A stretch of 64,000 nucleotides of DNA from the NCBI GenBank assembly GCA_002633005.1, contig NMRA01000524.1:2953-66952 (forward strand), read 5' to 3'. This document shows positions 23,301-34,800 of the stretch, piece after piece (within the stretch, counting starts at the first letter, position 1; each line of letters opens with the position of its first letter). This DNA is from Phoronis australis. Lineage: Eukaryota > Animalia > Phoronida. The translations under genes were made by a program, and so were the position numbers. The notes below the pieces were generated by a model, which made no database searches, was not told the DNA's origin, and was given only the letters and a program-made list of their open reading frames with translations.

Positions 23301-26300
23301 CCATAAATATGAAGTGACAACAGTTGAAAGCATCAGTTTCATTCATTTTGGCTAAAATTACCCCTCATTTCCCATTGGCGTAGTGTTTGTCAGATCATGT
23401 TGCCTGAACTGTGTATACAAACAGTGATGTGTTTACTATGATGGTACAGTTCTTGGCTCATCTCTGTTTCCAATTGAGTCAATCAACATGACTGACTATC
23501 AGTCTATTGACAACACTGCCTAGTCACAAACATGGCCAGACTGCAATCATTTTCCAATTTACTAATTGTTTTGTTACAAGTTTATTAGGATCTTCCCACT
23601 GCTGCAGAGTGCTGCTGGGGAGTACTGCATTGTAATGACAGAATTTTGAAATTTTTCGTTTGGGACCCATTGTTTGGTTTCATCCTCTTATTTGGGGGTT
23701 CCCAAGTGGCCATACAAATATCTGATTTGGAAGGGAATCCCATAGATGTTGCATACATGATGTACTGGTCAGATACCCAGTGGTATTTTTTCTCAGCAGA
23801 TTCCCAACAGAAAAGTTGAGTTTTCTGGCTGATTTTTTTACAAAGGGATCACTTTGGAAGTTTTAAAAACAAAAGGGGGATGTTACAGCAAGGAAAGTCT
23901 ACAAAAGGGTGACTCGTGTCGTGGAAACTCCTGACCCTTTTTCTTTGCCTGAGCTCTATGTGGAAGGGTTTCCTAACTTCACTTCCTGATTCATATCCCT
24001 GTTACAATTGAAGAGTGAAGTTCTGATCCCTCTGGTACTGCCTTCTATGCCTCAATTTTGGGGCTGAATATCAGGCCCCATTCAGCTATGAAAAATATTT
24101 CTAAAAAATCGTGCAAAATTGCCGTAATCAAACTCAAAAATACCACTTCAATGGTATAAAGTCAATGATTTGAATCACACATTTGCTACTAAGTTAGAGC
24201 CTTGTAGTGATTAGGGAATGGGCGGTAGAATCTGTGATGGTCTGATGGATAAGTGCCTTCTCGCCCCTGCAATAAGTTCGCCTCTCCCCTCAGGTGGGCG
24301 AGGACCTGGGGTAATGTCAGTGGTGCTGCAATGTGGGTAGTTGCTAGAAGTAGGTGTTTGCGCGTGCATCTCTGTGAAAGCTGTTGTACATAACAGTGCA
24401 ATACATTCTTACGAGTAGCAAAAATGCTGGCAGTTTCAGTGGCTGTAACGCTTGCTAAAATGCTACTAGCGTTTTAACTCGAGCCGCCAGCTAAAGTGAC
24501 TCCTGTAGCGCATGACTGACATTTGTGCCACTAGTGGAAACGCTGGCGTGGACAGTGTGGTGGATATCAAAGTGAATTATTTCATCGTAGCGGGCAATTG
24601 GCTATGCGCTGTTATCCCATGAAATGCTCTCGACAGACAGTCTAGTAATGCAGTAGCTGACATTGGCTAGCTCGCTTGTAGAGTACTGAGAAAATATGAT
24701 AATCTCGAGTGGTAAATTGGTTGGGCTACTTGATACTATGACCTTGCCAAGGTTTTGTAGATTTACTAGTCAACTAGCGGGCTTGGCAATACTGAATCAT
24801 GAAGATTGCTACTTATGCCTCGGTGTAGGTTGGTACATTGACACCAGGAGTGGAAAATTCTCAGATCGGTCCTTTGTCATTTTCTTGTTATACATAGCTT
24901 AATGATTGAATTTTGTTACCTGGGGGTCTACCTTTTGCTTTTGGGAAAGTTTTGCATTGATTTGGGGATGTTTTTGTCATTTTCGTAAAATTTTGTGATA
25001 GTAACAGATGTGACAGACATCCTTTTCCATCATTTTAGGAACAGAGCTTACGAAATAATACCAAATTTGTTTTGGCATGTCATTTGCTCCACAGGCTGTA
25101 AATTAATGATTGAAAGCTTTGAAAATTATTAACCTCCTAAATTAATTACATTTGGGTTAGAAAACTTTAATTTTTGTACCTTCAAGCATGAAATGAATGG
25201 TTGGGCCTGTGCCTCTTATTTTTGAACTCAAAATTAGATAATGGAAATTAAGGGTAGGATTGGGATACGCATGCAAGGCCTACCTCAAAACCGTTCCCAA
25301 GCTTGGACTACCCCTAGAATTTAATTTTTGGGAACGCAAAGAGGCCGTGGCTGCAGCCTATATGTGTTCAGTGTCACCTAAGCCACTGTCATGAAACAGA
25401 TCCAACATGATGCAGACAAAAGCTGTGGTAACTCTTCACTTGTTTAGCATACAATAATGAATTCTATTTCGTTGAATTCCGCTGCAAAAATGATTGTTAA
25501 AAAAATTTAGTCTATTACTATCATGGTTTGTACTGTGAAGACGTCGTAAAACAACAGTAAGGTTTCCATTATTTGCTACCAAGTAATCTGCCTTTAAAAA
25601 GGTGTACGGTGAAAGTTTTAATAGTTATTTTTATGCAAAATATGTGGAGAACTGCCGTAATGTTGTTTGAAGCATCTGACACCAGCAGCTCGCAGTCCTG
25701 GCGTTGGCGCATTTTAAGGTAGTCCTATGGGTTGCACTCTGCCCTCCAAGCACATTTAAGAATGCATTTGGCGAGTTCCCTCCCAAACTTGCTCTGGTTG
25801 TAGATCGATGCTTGAATTGTGGTGATCATCAGGAAAAAGATGTCATGAAAAGATTTTATGTCTACGTACCAGATAATGCAGCTTTTGTTGTTTAGTTTGC
25901 CTTGCCAATATTTAAGTGTTCGTATTTCAAAGTCAGTCGTTTGATAACGAATTTCATGTTAACGTGTCATCATGTTAGCTGTCTCCAATGGCAGTAGCCA
26001 TTTTGTGTTATACGGGTGTCGCAATGAAATGCACTTTTTTGTAGTTTTGAGAAGAGCAATCAGTGGACCACATTCCGCGCTCATGTAGGGGGATTTAATG
26101 CGATGAGAATTTCCAGTATTTTTGACAAGTTTGTGGCATCCATTATGCCGTCAAGTTACCACCGTTATGCTTTGAGATAGTCAAGCAATTAACACAAAAA
26201 CTCTTGAAATGTTCATGAATGAGAGGAATTGCTTTCGTCCTGTCGACCCTGCAAATCTTGCACAACAAAATTAGAAATTGATGCAAGCGAGAAATGTTTT

Positions 26301-26428
26301 TGTGCTCTCACAGTGCTGAAGAATTGTATGTCAAATGTTCCCTGTTTCACTGGTCTCGTATAATCCTCGTCTTGGTCCTCACAGCAGGTGCTGTTGCAAG
26401 TGGATAGCCGGGCAGTGGCGTCGTCAAG

Positions 26429-26521
26429 ATGATGTGCGACGTGATGCCGACCATCTCGGAGGATGGGGCGGGCGACCGAGACTCGCAGTATTCCAATGAA
26501 GACACGGCCAACTTTGAGCAG
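26429..26521 (+). CDS. PPFIA: Liprin-alpha (PPFIA/SYD-2), first coding exon
   Basis: MMCDVMPTISEDGAGDRDSQYSNEDTANFEQ matches the diagnostic liprin-alpha N-terminus MMC(E/D)VMPTI(S/N)ED...NFEQ. Upstream acceptor cctcacagcag (26377-26387); donor cag|gtgtgt. Confidence 0.95.
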
Positions 26522-27043
26522 GTGTGTGCGCGCGCGTGTGTGTACGGAGGTGTGAACATATGCAATTTATTCATGCGGAAGGATCGAAAGTTTTTGAAAC
26601 AGTGTTTTAAAAAATGCTTCCTTGTTTTCTAGTTTGATAATTCTGCAGATAGAAAATGTTCAAAAATTTATGTGGTAGCCAGTGATGTTATATCGCATCT
26701 AAGAAAAAAGTTACAGCTTTCCGATATAGCGGTTTTTGGAAACCAACGCTGTTGTTGTGACTTATCATAGGAATTTGCTTTCAGCTGAAGGGTAAGAAAC
26801 CATTTTGTGAAATCTTGTGTATTCAATATTGAACTGCAACAGTTTTTTACTTCAATTGTTTGTTGTGACACAGCTCTGCAGTTGTTGCCACAGCTTCGAA
26901 AGACGGTAATACAATCATCAAATTCCTCAGGAATAGGACCTGTTAAGAAAGTGTTACTCCATTGCTAACGTGATCTGTGTTATTCAGCTATTTTCGAACA
27001 ACATTGTCAAAATTTTGAGCATTTTTCTCTCTTTGATCTTTCA

Positions 27044-27281
27044 CATTTTGATTGTTCACACTTTGATCGTTCATTCTTATGTGCACACTTTCATTGTTCG
27101 TACTTTGATCGTTCATTCTTATGTGCACACTTTCATTGTTCACTCTTTGATCGTTCATTCTTATGTGCACACTTTCATTGTTCACAATTTGATCGTTCAT
27201 TCTTATGTGCACACTTTCATTGTTCATACTTTGATCGTTCATTCTTATGTGCACACTTTCATTGTTCATACTTTGATCGTT
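27044..27281. repeat. 42-bp minisatellite, ~5.5 copies, abutting the liprin-alpha exon 2 acceptor
   Basis: Unit ttcattgttcatactttgatcgttcattcttatgtgcacact, repeated nearly perfectly. Confidence 0.95.
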
Positions 27282-27291
27282 TACACAACAG

Positions 27292-27441
27292 GTGATGATG
27301 AACATGCTAGATGAGCGAGACAAGTTGGTGGAGACACTGCGTGACACACAGGACCAAGTGGGGGCGCTGCAGGCCAAGGTAGCGGAGACGGAGCGCGAGA
27401 GGGATGCCTATCACAAACAGTTACAGGCCACTGCACCTCAG
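27292..27441 (+). CDS. PPFIA: Liprin-alpha coding exon 2 (LH1/coiled coil)
   Basis: acaacag|VMMNMLDERDKLVETLRDTQ...ERERDAYHKQLQATAPQ|gtagga; 150 nt, phase 0-0. Confidence 0.95.
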
Positions 27442-29749
27442 GTAGGATTCATGTTCAAGGATATTGGGAGCGTGTTGCTGAGAGTGGGAAGAGACGTCCA
27501 ATGACACCAGACTCACTCTAGACTTTCAATGTATTAGGGACTAAGTAGTCAGCGGTCGAATATGCTGAACTTTCATTCATTTTGCTTTCCAATGTGAGAT
27601 ATTTACCATGCATTAGGGGAGTTCATAGAGCGCACTCCCCAAAAGTCTCTGGGGATTCATTCACCTGTTTCTAGTAGTCCCCATGGTAACATAAATAAAC
27701 AGTAGACCTCATTATCCATCACTCAATCATGTCCACCCACCACTATCTCTATGTGGAGAATCTCACTCCTGACTTCCAGGCCATGAGAGGAACGCAAATA
27801 TTTACAAGCCTGGCTACATTGTAAACTATGTAGCAGCATAGTAGACCCTACCATGTCTGTTGTGAGCAGCTGTCCGTAGATGATGTATGGGCATTAGATC
27901 ATGCAGCGGGAAGGGAGTTGATGGTGGGCAATCCTTAAGGGTTGAGTAGGAACACCCACTATGGATTTTCCATTGCCTCCTTCATCGTCTTGTTGATTTC
28001 TTGGTATTCAAAGTGCTAAAAATATTTTTATTTCCTGTCATCATCTGTGCTTTGACCTATTCAATTGTGTTCTGTTTGAGGAACCTTGCTTTGTGCGTAG
28101 AGTTGAAATTTGTTCAAATTTTCATTTCTGTCACAGACAAGCTAATACTGAGGGGTGCATACCAAACCCAGAGCAAAAATCTGGTGTCATTTATTCAGCA
28201 TTTTATCTCTTGTTGACTGAATGAGTCATTAAGTGGTCTCTCTCTGATTGCTCTCTTTACCATTGTTTAGCCAGATGTTTTTTGTTAATCAGTTGTGCTA
28301 CCCACTTAGATCTCCAGTCAAAGGTCGTAGGTCACTGGGAGTCACTGAGCCCTGAGCGTTTGTGGTTTTGGATACAGGGTGCTAGAAAAAAAATCTGTTG
28401 GTTTGTAGACGAACTTGGTGGTTTGTAACCTTTGCTGTTTACGACTTACAAACATTGAGCTTCATTTCCTTAAATGTTCGGAATTTCTTCGCCGTGGTAG
28501 TGCTTTTACATTATCGTCAGGAATGTAGATTACGACCCACCATTATGTCATTGGTGTGGAATAGCAAAACCCGTTCTAAGCCGCTTTTACACGAGAGGCA
28601 GTTGTCACGGTGTCAGTGGTCACGGCGCGACTTGCTCCACTTAATTCGCATTTACTCAACATTAGGTCGCAAACTGGATCAGCACGCTTATGAATACACG
28701 TTATTGCTCAAGCTTATTGAAAACTGATCCATTTCCGCCCTATCGCGGTTGTGTTTAGACGTGTTGTTGAGACTGGAACAAGGGATCGAGTGTAACTCGC
28801 TCTGCCTTTGAAACCCGTGTCAAAAACTGGCCGCCGCAGTGTCACTCGCTCCGTGTCAGTCACTTGCACTGGAGCAGCTGTTTGGTGTTAGCTGCGCCGG
28901 GTTGTTTGCCTCTCGAGCAAATGCGGCTTAAGAAACACCGGTCACGTGTTGCTACTTAAAACCAGTAGACATTTTGACTGGCTGGTTCTCCCATGAGAAT
29001 GCCATAAAGGAGATATACTGAACGTAAAGGATTCTTACTATGTTGTCAAGCTCGCCCCTTTTTAGTCTGAGTACGTAACTGATAAAACACTATTGTAGCA
29101 GCTTGGAGACACTGTGGCGCATGTGAACAGTGTACAACCCTATAGCTGTATTTCATAGTAGAATGGTCAAATCATTGATGATGACCACTTTGCCTACAGG
29201 TTTGAAGATTACCAGCCATTATGTTGTGGAAAACAGGGCCATTATAGCGGTCTAATGAAGCGCTGTGATATATCGGGAAATCTGTCTTCATTGACATTCA
29301 GTTCTTGTCTCCATTGCAATGCTTTTTAAGCAAGGACGGAATGGGTGTTGATTTTCACTGCACTAGAAAATGTCAGCTTAAATGATTCATTCATATGCAG
29401 TATGCTACCAAATTCATAAAGCACTTATGTATGTTTGGTTGATGCATTCTCTGGTCGAGATTGCAACAAAATGTCTTGAAGTACATCACTTCTACACTCT
29501 CAGGAATTGACTGGTCACTGAGGGAGGGTGTCACCTGCTGTTAGCTCTTGGTCATTATGTTACAAGTGTTAATTGGCTGCTGGTATCACTGTCTTTAATT
29601 AACTACTGCCAGACTGATTTCATTAATGCTGCTCTGTTTGATTTTGCTGTGTGGTCGGTGGCACTGCAGGATAGGTGATTTTTATCATTGCAACTGCTTC
29701 CTTTTGTGATGAAAATTCATCTGTTCTACTGTTTCTTCACATTTTATTC

Positions 29750-30170
29750 TTCAAGTGGTGACTTCTGACTTATCCAATTATGATATCTGATGGAGTCCAG
29801 CAGTTGTCTGCTGTCCACAATGTCACATAAGGTAGGAGTTGACAGTTGACCTAATTATCAAGTTTGGTATTGGTCCTCCAGTGAGGTAATGTATCACTTC
29901 CTAGGGTTGACTATTGACCTTATTGTGAAGTCCAGCAGGATTTGAGTGCATGTCTTAATTATGGAATTTGATGGGGATTTACTGTTGATTAATTTTTGAG
30001 CAGGAGGCAAGTTGCTCTAGCTAAGTCTCAGAGTGGGCACGACTTCAAGGGTTGACTATTGATCTAATCATAAAGTCTTACAGGAGTTGAGTTGGGACAT
30101 ATGACCGATTTACTGTTGACCTAATATATTGCTTTTGGTGGGGTTGACCACTGACCTTACTATGTGGTGG
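29750..30170. repeat. Degenerate tandem array of ggttgactattgacc(t)aa-type units
   Basis: At least six diverged copies of gttgac.(a/g)ttgacct.at at irregular ~30-80 bp spacing. Confidence 0.5.
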
Positions 30171-30199
30171 TGGTAGTTATCGGGGGTGGGGGGTGGGGN

Positions 30200-30450
30200 G
30201 GTGTCCTAGTGGGATAAGTGTCCACTTCCTTTACTCAAGGTCACAGTTTCGAATCCCTCTGGTGCACACTGCTACACCCTTGAATCAGGTCTCCAGCTCC
30301 TTACCTTGGTTTTAATATGTATTGGTAAAGCATAGAATGGTACCAGGCTGGTGATCAGTGTAATGGGCCTACCTGAGTGGCCTGCGCACATCTGATATAA
30401 TGTGTACTAGACTGCCTGCAATTAGTTTTTACATGGTATCGAGGACCCTG
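30200..30450 (+). mobile_element. tRNA-derived SINE
   Basis: Pol III A box TGTCCTAGTGG (30202) and B box GTTTCGAATCC (30246). The body aligns with 62775-62990 (taaagcata.aatggt.cca...gtgatcagt..aatgggcc...tactagac.gcctgcaattagt). Confidence 0.7.
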
Positions 30451-31459
30451 GCTATTGACCTGCTTGTTACGTCCAAGCAAATTATTATTATTTCTCCGAG
30501 ATTGATGAGATTGTCATGTGTATGATGGGGAAGCACTGTTAAACCACAAGGCTCGATTGTACTGAGGAGGTCCTGCAGTATCAATTGGATGTTTGAAAAT
30601 TAATATGCACCTGTGTGTGTGTCACAAAGCAAGCAATGAAGAACACATGGTCACTGGTTAGTGCTCGCATGTCTGAAGAACGGTATGTACGCAGTTGCAC
30701 TCATATGTTGCGTTTGAGGTGGTCGGAGAGCAGTTTGCCTGTGCAGCAAATGAATGAAAATGGTCTTTTGCCGGTCTTCAGAGAAGCTGGAGTATTTTAT
30801 TTAACGGCATTGGATATCCAAACTATTGATGTGAAAAATGGTTTGCCATACTGTTACTCGTACCAGTATCAGGTTTCCTTGTCTTTCAATACTTGTTCAG
30901 GTAACAGTCATTTTACCTGGCTGTTCTTGTATCAGTCATGTGTTCCTAGCCACCTGTGTTTCAGACCAATGAATGGTGGCAGTGATTAATTATTTAACAG
31001 TCTCTCAACTGTCTGGCAAAGCGAAGCTGTCAAGGCCAGCTATAAAAATCCATCAAAGACTGGATATGTAATTGTCTGATTGTCTCCATACTCTTTGACC
31101 TTTTGTGCCCAAGTTGTTGCTTTGTGATATTGTGAACAAATACTTTGTACAGACAAAAACAGGATGTCCAATTTTTTGTCCCGACTGATAGCACACCAGC
31201 TTAAACATGTTTCTTGTTTTCATTTGTTATGGCACTTGTTTTTATGAAATTAATGTTTTTATATACTAAGTACCTGAAATGAAATATTCAGTTTTGGGTG
31301 TTGAGATTGATATTCGTTATCGGTTTCGACTCACTGAACTCTTGGGGTTGACCCGTCCACGTAATGAGTAGAGAATGGCACCGCACATTTACTAGACTAG
31401 CAAAATACATGGGCAGTCGGGAAAAGTGACTCTGAAGGACGATTACATCTGTAGCGTTA

Positions 31460-31840
31460 TAAGTGCTATCCACACACAGACTTGACCTGTAGCCAGTTAC
31501 TCCTAGAACTAGTTGTTGCTAGGTTTGGAAGCTGTGTGGACGCTATTTGTACTATTAACCCGCTTGTGACAACTTCTCCACCTTATCGAGGTGAGGTAAC
31601 TTATTCTAGGGTAACTTGTGCCACTTCTAATTGCTGAATGGCCACAAACCTGGGGCAAGGCAGAAGTAATTATCAGCTAGGGTGACTTGCAGAGGTTTTC
31701 TTTTACACACCATACTCGCATTTGGTGTTCATTGTCATGCAGAGCGACAACTTCTGTCTTGCACCAGTTGTCGGACACGTGTATGTTGATTCTCCACTAG
31801 AATGGGGCAAGTTACGCTAGTGCAAGTTGTTTAAGTTAGC
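31460..31840 (+). repeat. Interspersed repeat; inverted copy at 59098-59494
   Basis: Aligns over ~380 bp with the reverse complement of 59098-59494 (ctaggtttgga.gctgtgtgga, cttatcgaggtg.ggtaactt.ttctagggtaa, tactcgcatt.ggtgttc). Confidence 0.85.
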
Positions 31841-34800
31841 TTTGCAGATTCATTATCATCAGTCATGCTACATATAGTACAACGAATCCAACTGAATGAG
31901 TAATCTTTCTCCAACTGTTGCACAAAAGTAGTTATCAAAATTGCAATTTTCTTCTGTATTTAGAAGACTGATCCTGCTTTTCTGTTTTAAAAAAACAGAA
32001 ATCTGTTTTAGCAAATATAAAATCGTGTTTTTACCATGTAGTGAATTAACAAAATTCCAATTTGTTATCTCATAGTGATACTTTTGGCAATTTAAAAACA
32101 AATAAAGAATTATGGTATCTACTACTGAAATATAGAAATTCTGTTCAATAACTCGCATTCTGTGAATGAAGCCAGACTCCGTGAATTCTGTCCATTTCCC
32201 GTTATTGTGGAAAACCAGGGTAATTATACATTGTCCAAAGTCCACTGAAAATTTTACCTAATCATTGTGAATGATGTACATTACAAACTTGGATGAAATC
32301 GCTTTTTCTTCAGTTTTTTTATAAAAGAATATGACAAAATAAAATTGGGCTTGCCATCGCAACTTTTGCTATTAAATTGAACCTAGCATTAACTGTAGAC
32401 CAGTGTATAATGTGCTTAATTTACTTGAAACTGCCTTTGGGCTATTGCTCTTTGACGGAATCGGCTATTAGCCACTGCACTGGACATAACAGTAAGTGGT
32501 TGGTTCGACTGACTACCGATAATCGGAACATTTCCAACGAGCCCTAGGGCTTGACGTAGATCTCTGCCAGTGATCCAAATTGTATCTCCGTGCATGCATG
32601 TTTCTATTTTCCATTCAATGGTGTGTTATACCTCCACTATTGACTTGTGTCATGAATTAGTGATATGTTTACGTTATGAATCATTGTCAATCTTACCATT
32701 TGAATATTCATGACTTGCCCAGGACCAAAGAACTGTTCATATTTCGTTGTTTGAACAGTATACATTTCTTTTTTCCGACTAAATGAAATTATGTCAAGGG
32801 TTCATTTAAATTAAATTAGAAAAATTTTCTTTAAATTATATGACCTGATGGACTAGGCAATTGCAAATTGCCCGTGAAATAAATTAATGGGCTTTTACCA
32901 AACTGAAACAATGCTAATAAATAATACCCCTTTCACAAGATGGTGTGCAGTTTTCTTAGACTTTCGACCAAGCAGCCGCGTTTGAAAAGACTCATGGAAA
33001 GCCGTATCAGAAATATCGTTGTGCACGAGCAATAAGTTTGTTGTGGTGTTTTTGGTGGTTCTAGTCATTTCTGTGGAGTGTCACAAACTGAGATTTCCCC
33101 ACAAAAGCAAGGTGTGTTGATAGGGCGATGTACCTAGAATCCCACATTGTCTCTTGTATTTTCACTACCCACTTTCATGATGGAGTTAAAGTACAGCGGT
33201 TGTACATTTATTGCTTTAAGTATAATACAAATGCTTCAGTTTGAGACTCATTAGCATGGATATAGTAAGTCTCCACTAATATTTGCACGAATATAATTGT
33301 CAAAACCATAATTTTTCTATTTTTCAAATGCTGATTATAGTACAGTTTTGCAAGGAAGAAAATTTCACTTGTCGCCTACATTTTGTTCTATAGTGAAGAG
33401 TTACCGCATGCATTTTATCGAATTTCTTGGCAGAAACATTTTGATTTTTTGAAATAGCATGGCTCATACAGTTCAATTGTCATTGAACAGGATTTGGTTT
33501 AGGTTTGTTCAAGGTGACGATGTGGTAAGGTTTCGAAATTGAGAAAATTGGTGATTTTCGTCTCAAATTGAGGAAGTTTAGTGTATTGTGCCGTTAGGGA
33601 ATTTATATCGCCAGTGTGGCACAAGATGACGTCTTCATTTCACATTTCTGTCTATTAAGCTGAGCCAGTGGTTGAGTCATGTCAGCTAGCACTTTGATGA
33701 AATAGATCAGTTGAATCATCACTCTTGTTCAGTCACCCAGGCAAAAGCGTGCAGAATGAGAGCTATTGTAATCTGTTTGCAAAACAGCCAATTAATTGTC
33801 AGCGGCAAATGAAATTATCATTCTGGGTTATGTGAAGCGTCTTCAGTATTGGTCAGATTTAGATGGATGAACAGTAAAATGTCTCCAGTTTCGGAGAAAA
33901 TAATCGCCAAAATTACCGTTTTCTGTTCTTCAAGGTCTGTTAACATTGCGGTGAATGCGCACATTTTTCAAAATATTTTCTGATGGTAGCAGACTTGAGC
34001 ATGGTAAAGCATTAATTTGACACAACGTATCTTTTATCAAAAAAATGAGGAAATAAATTTCACTCGTCTGCTGTACTGTATCCTAAATTGGCGAAAGTTT
34101 ACCGCAGGATTTTTAGTAAAAAATTATATATTATTTTTTAGCATTTACCGAGTATTTTCTACAACTGAAAACTTGAATGGGTTGGAAACATGCGAAAAAT
34201 GGCACCGCACACGCTACTAACGCGGGGTGACTGGCTTTGTCTGACATCTGTTCTCATTGCTGCACTTTCTGAACTGTCCCTTTACCAGTGTCCTGCAACA
34301 CGCAAGTCAGTTGTTGATAACCTCATTTTAAAGCATTGAAGACATCGTCATCGGTGGCAACGCCATTTTCCAAACTTGCTGGTCACTAGTCTTTAGAAGA
34401 GGTGGCGGGCTATTCAGACTTGTCAAAACTATCGTTAATAGGTCATGGCGAAAAGTTGCACAAAGGCCCATAAGCAGGATTTGAAACGCCATGGTATGGG
34501 GACAAACAACTCTTGCATCATTTTTGCTCGTCTCGGGTGGATTTTTTTTGATAGTATGAGCGACTAAAAAATATGATACTGCCTACTCGATTTTCAAAAA
34601 ACCACAGACCAGAACCAGCTATGCTTTTTTGGCCTTATATATTTTATTATTGGACGGAGTGAAATTGTGTTATTAACGTATTAAATTCTTGCAACAAAGA
34701 ACTTTGGGAGAAATAGAAGCAGCGTAGAGTGGAGTTAAATTGCTGCTGGAGAGATCATTTCGTCTACTAATTCAATTTTGGTGGTTATGAGGGAAAGCTT

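Noticed and set aside
26970-27377. Repetitive ORFs on both strands (IVHSYVHTF / NNESVHIRMNDQ)
   Set aside because: By-products of a stop-free 42-bp minisatellite in an intron.
30181-30201. G-quadruplex-like run
   Set aside because: It abuts an N join, so the sequence and its continuity are unreliable.
30200-30275. tRNA gene
   Set aside because: It has A/B boxes but no complete cloverleaf, and it continues into a body shared with another copy, so it is a SINE.
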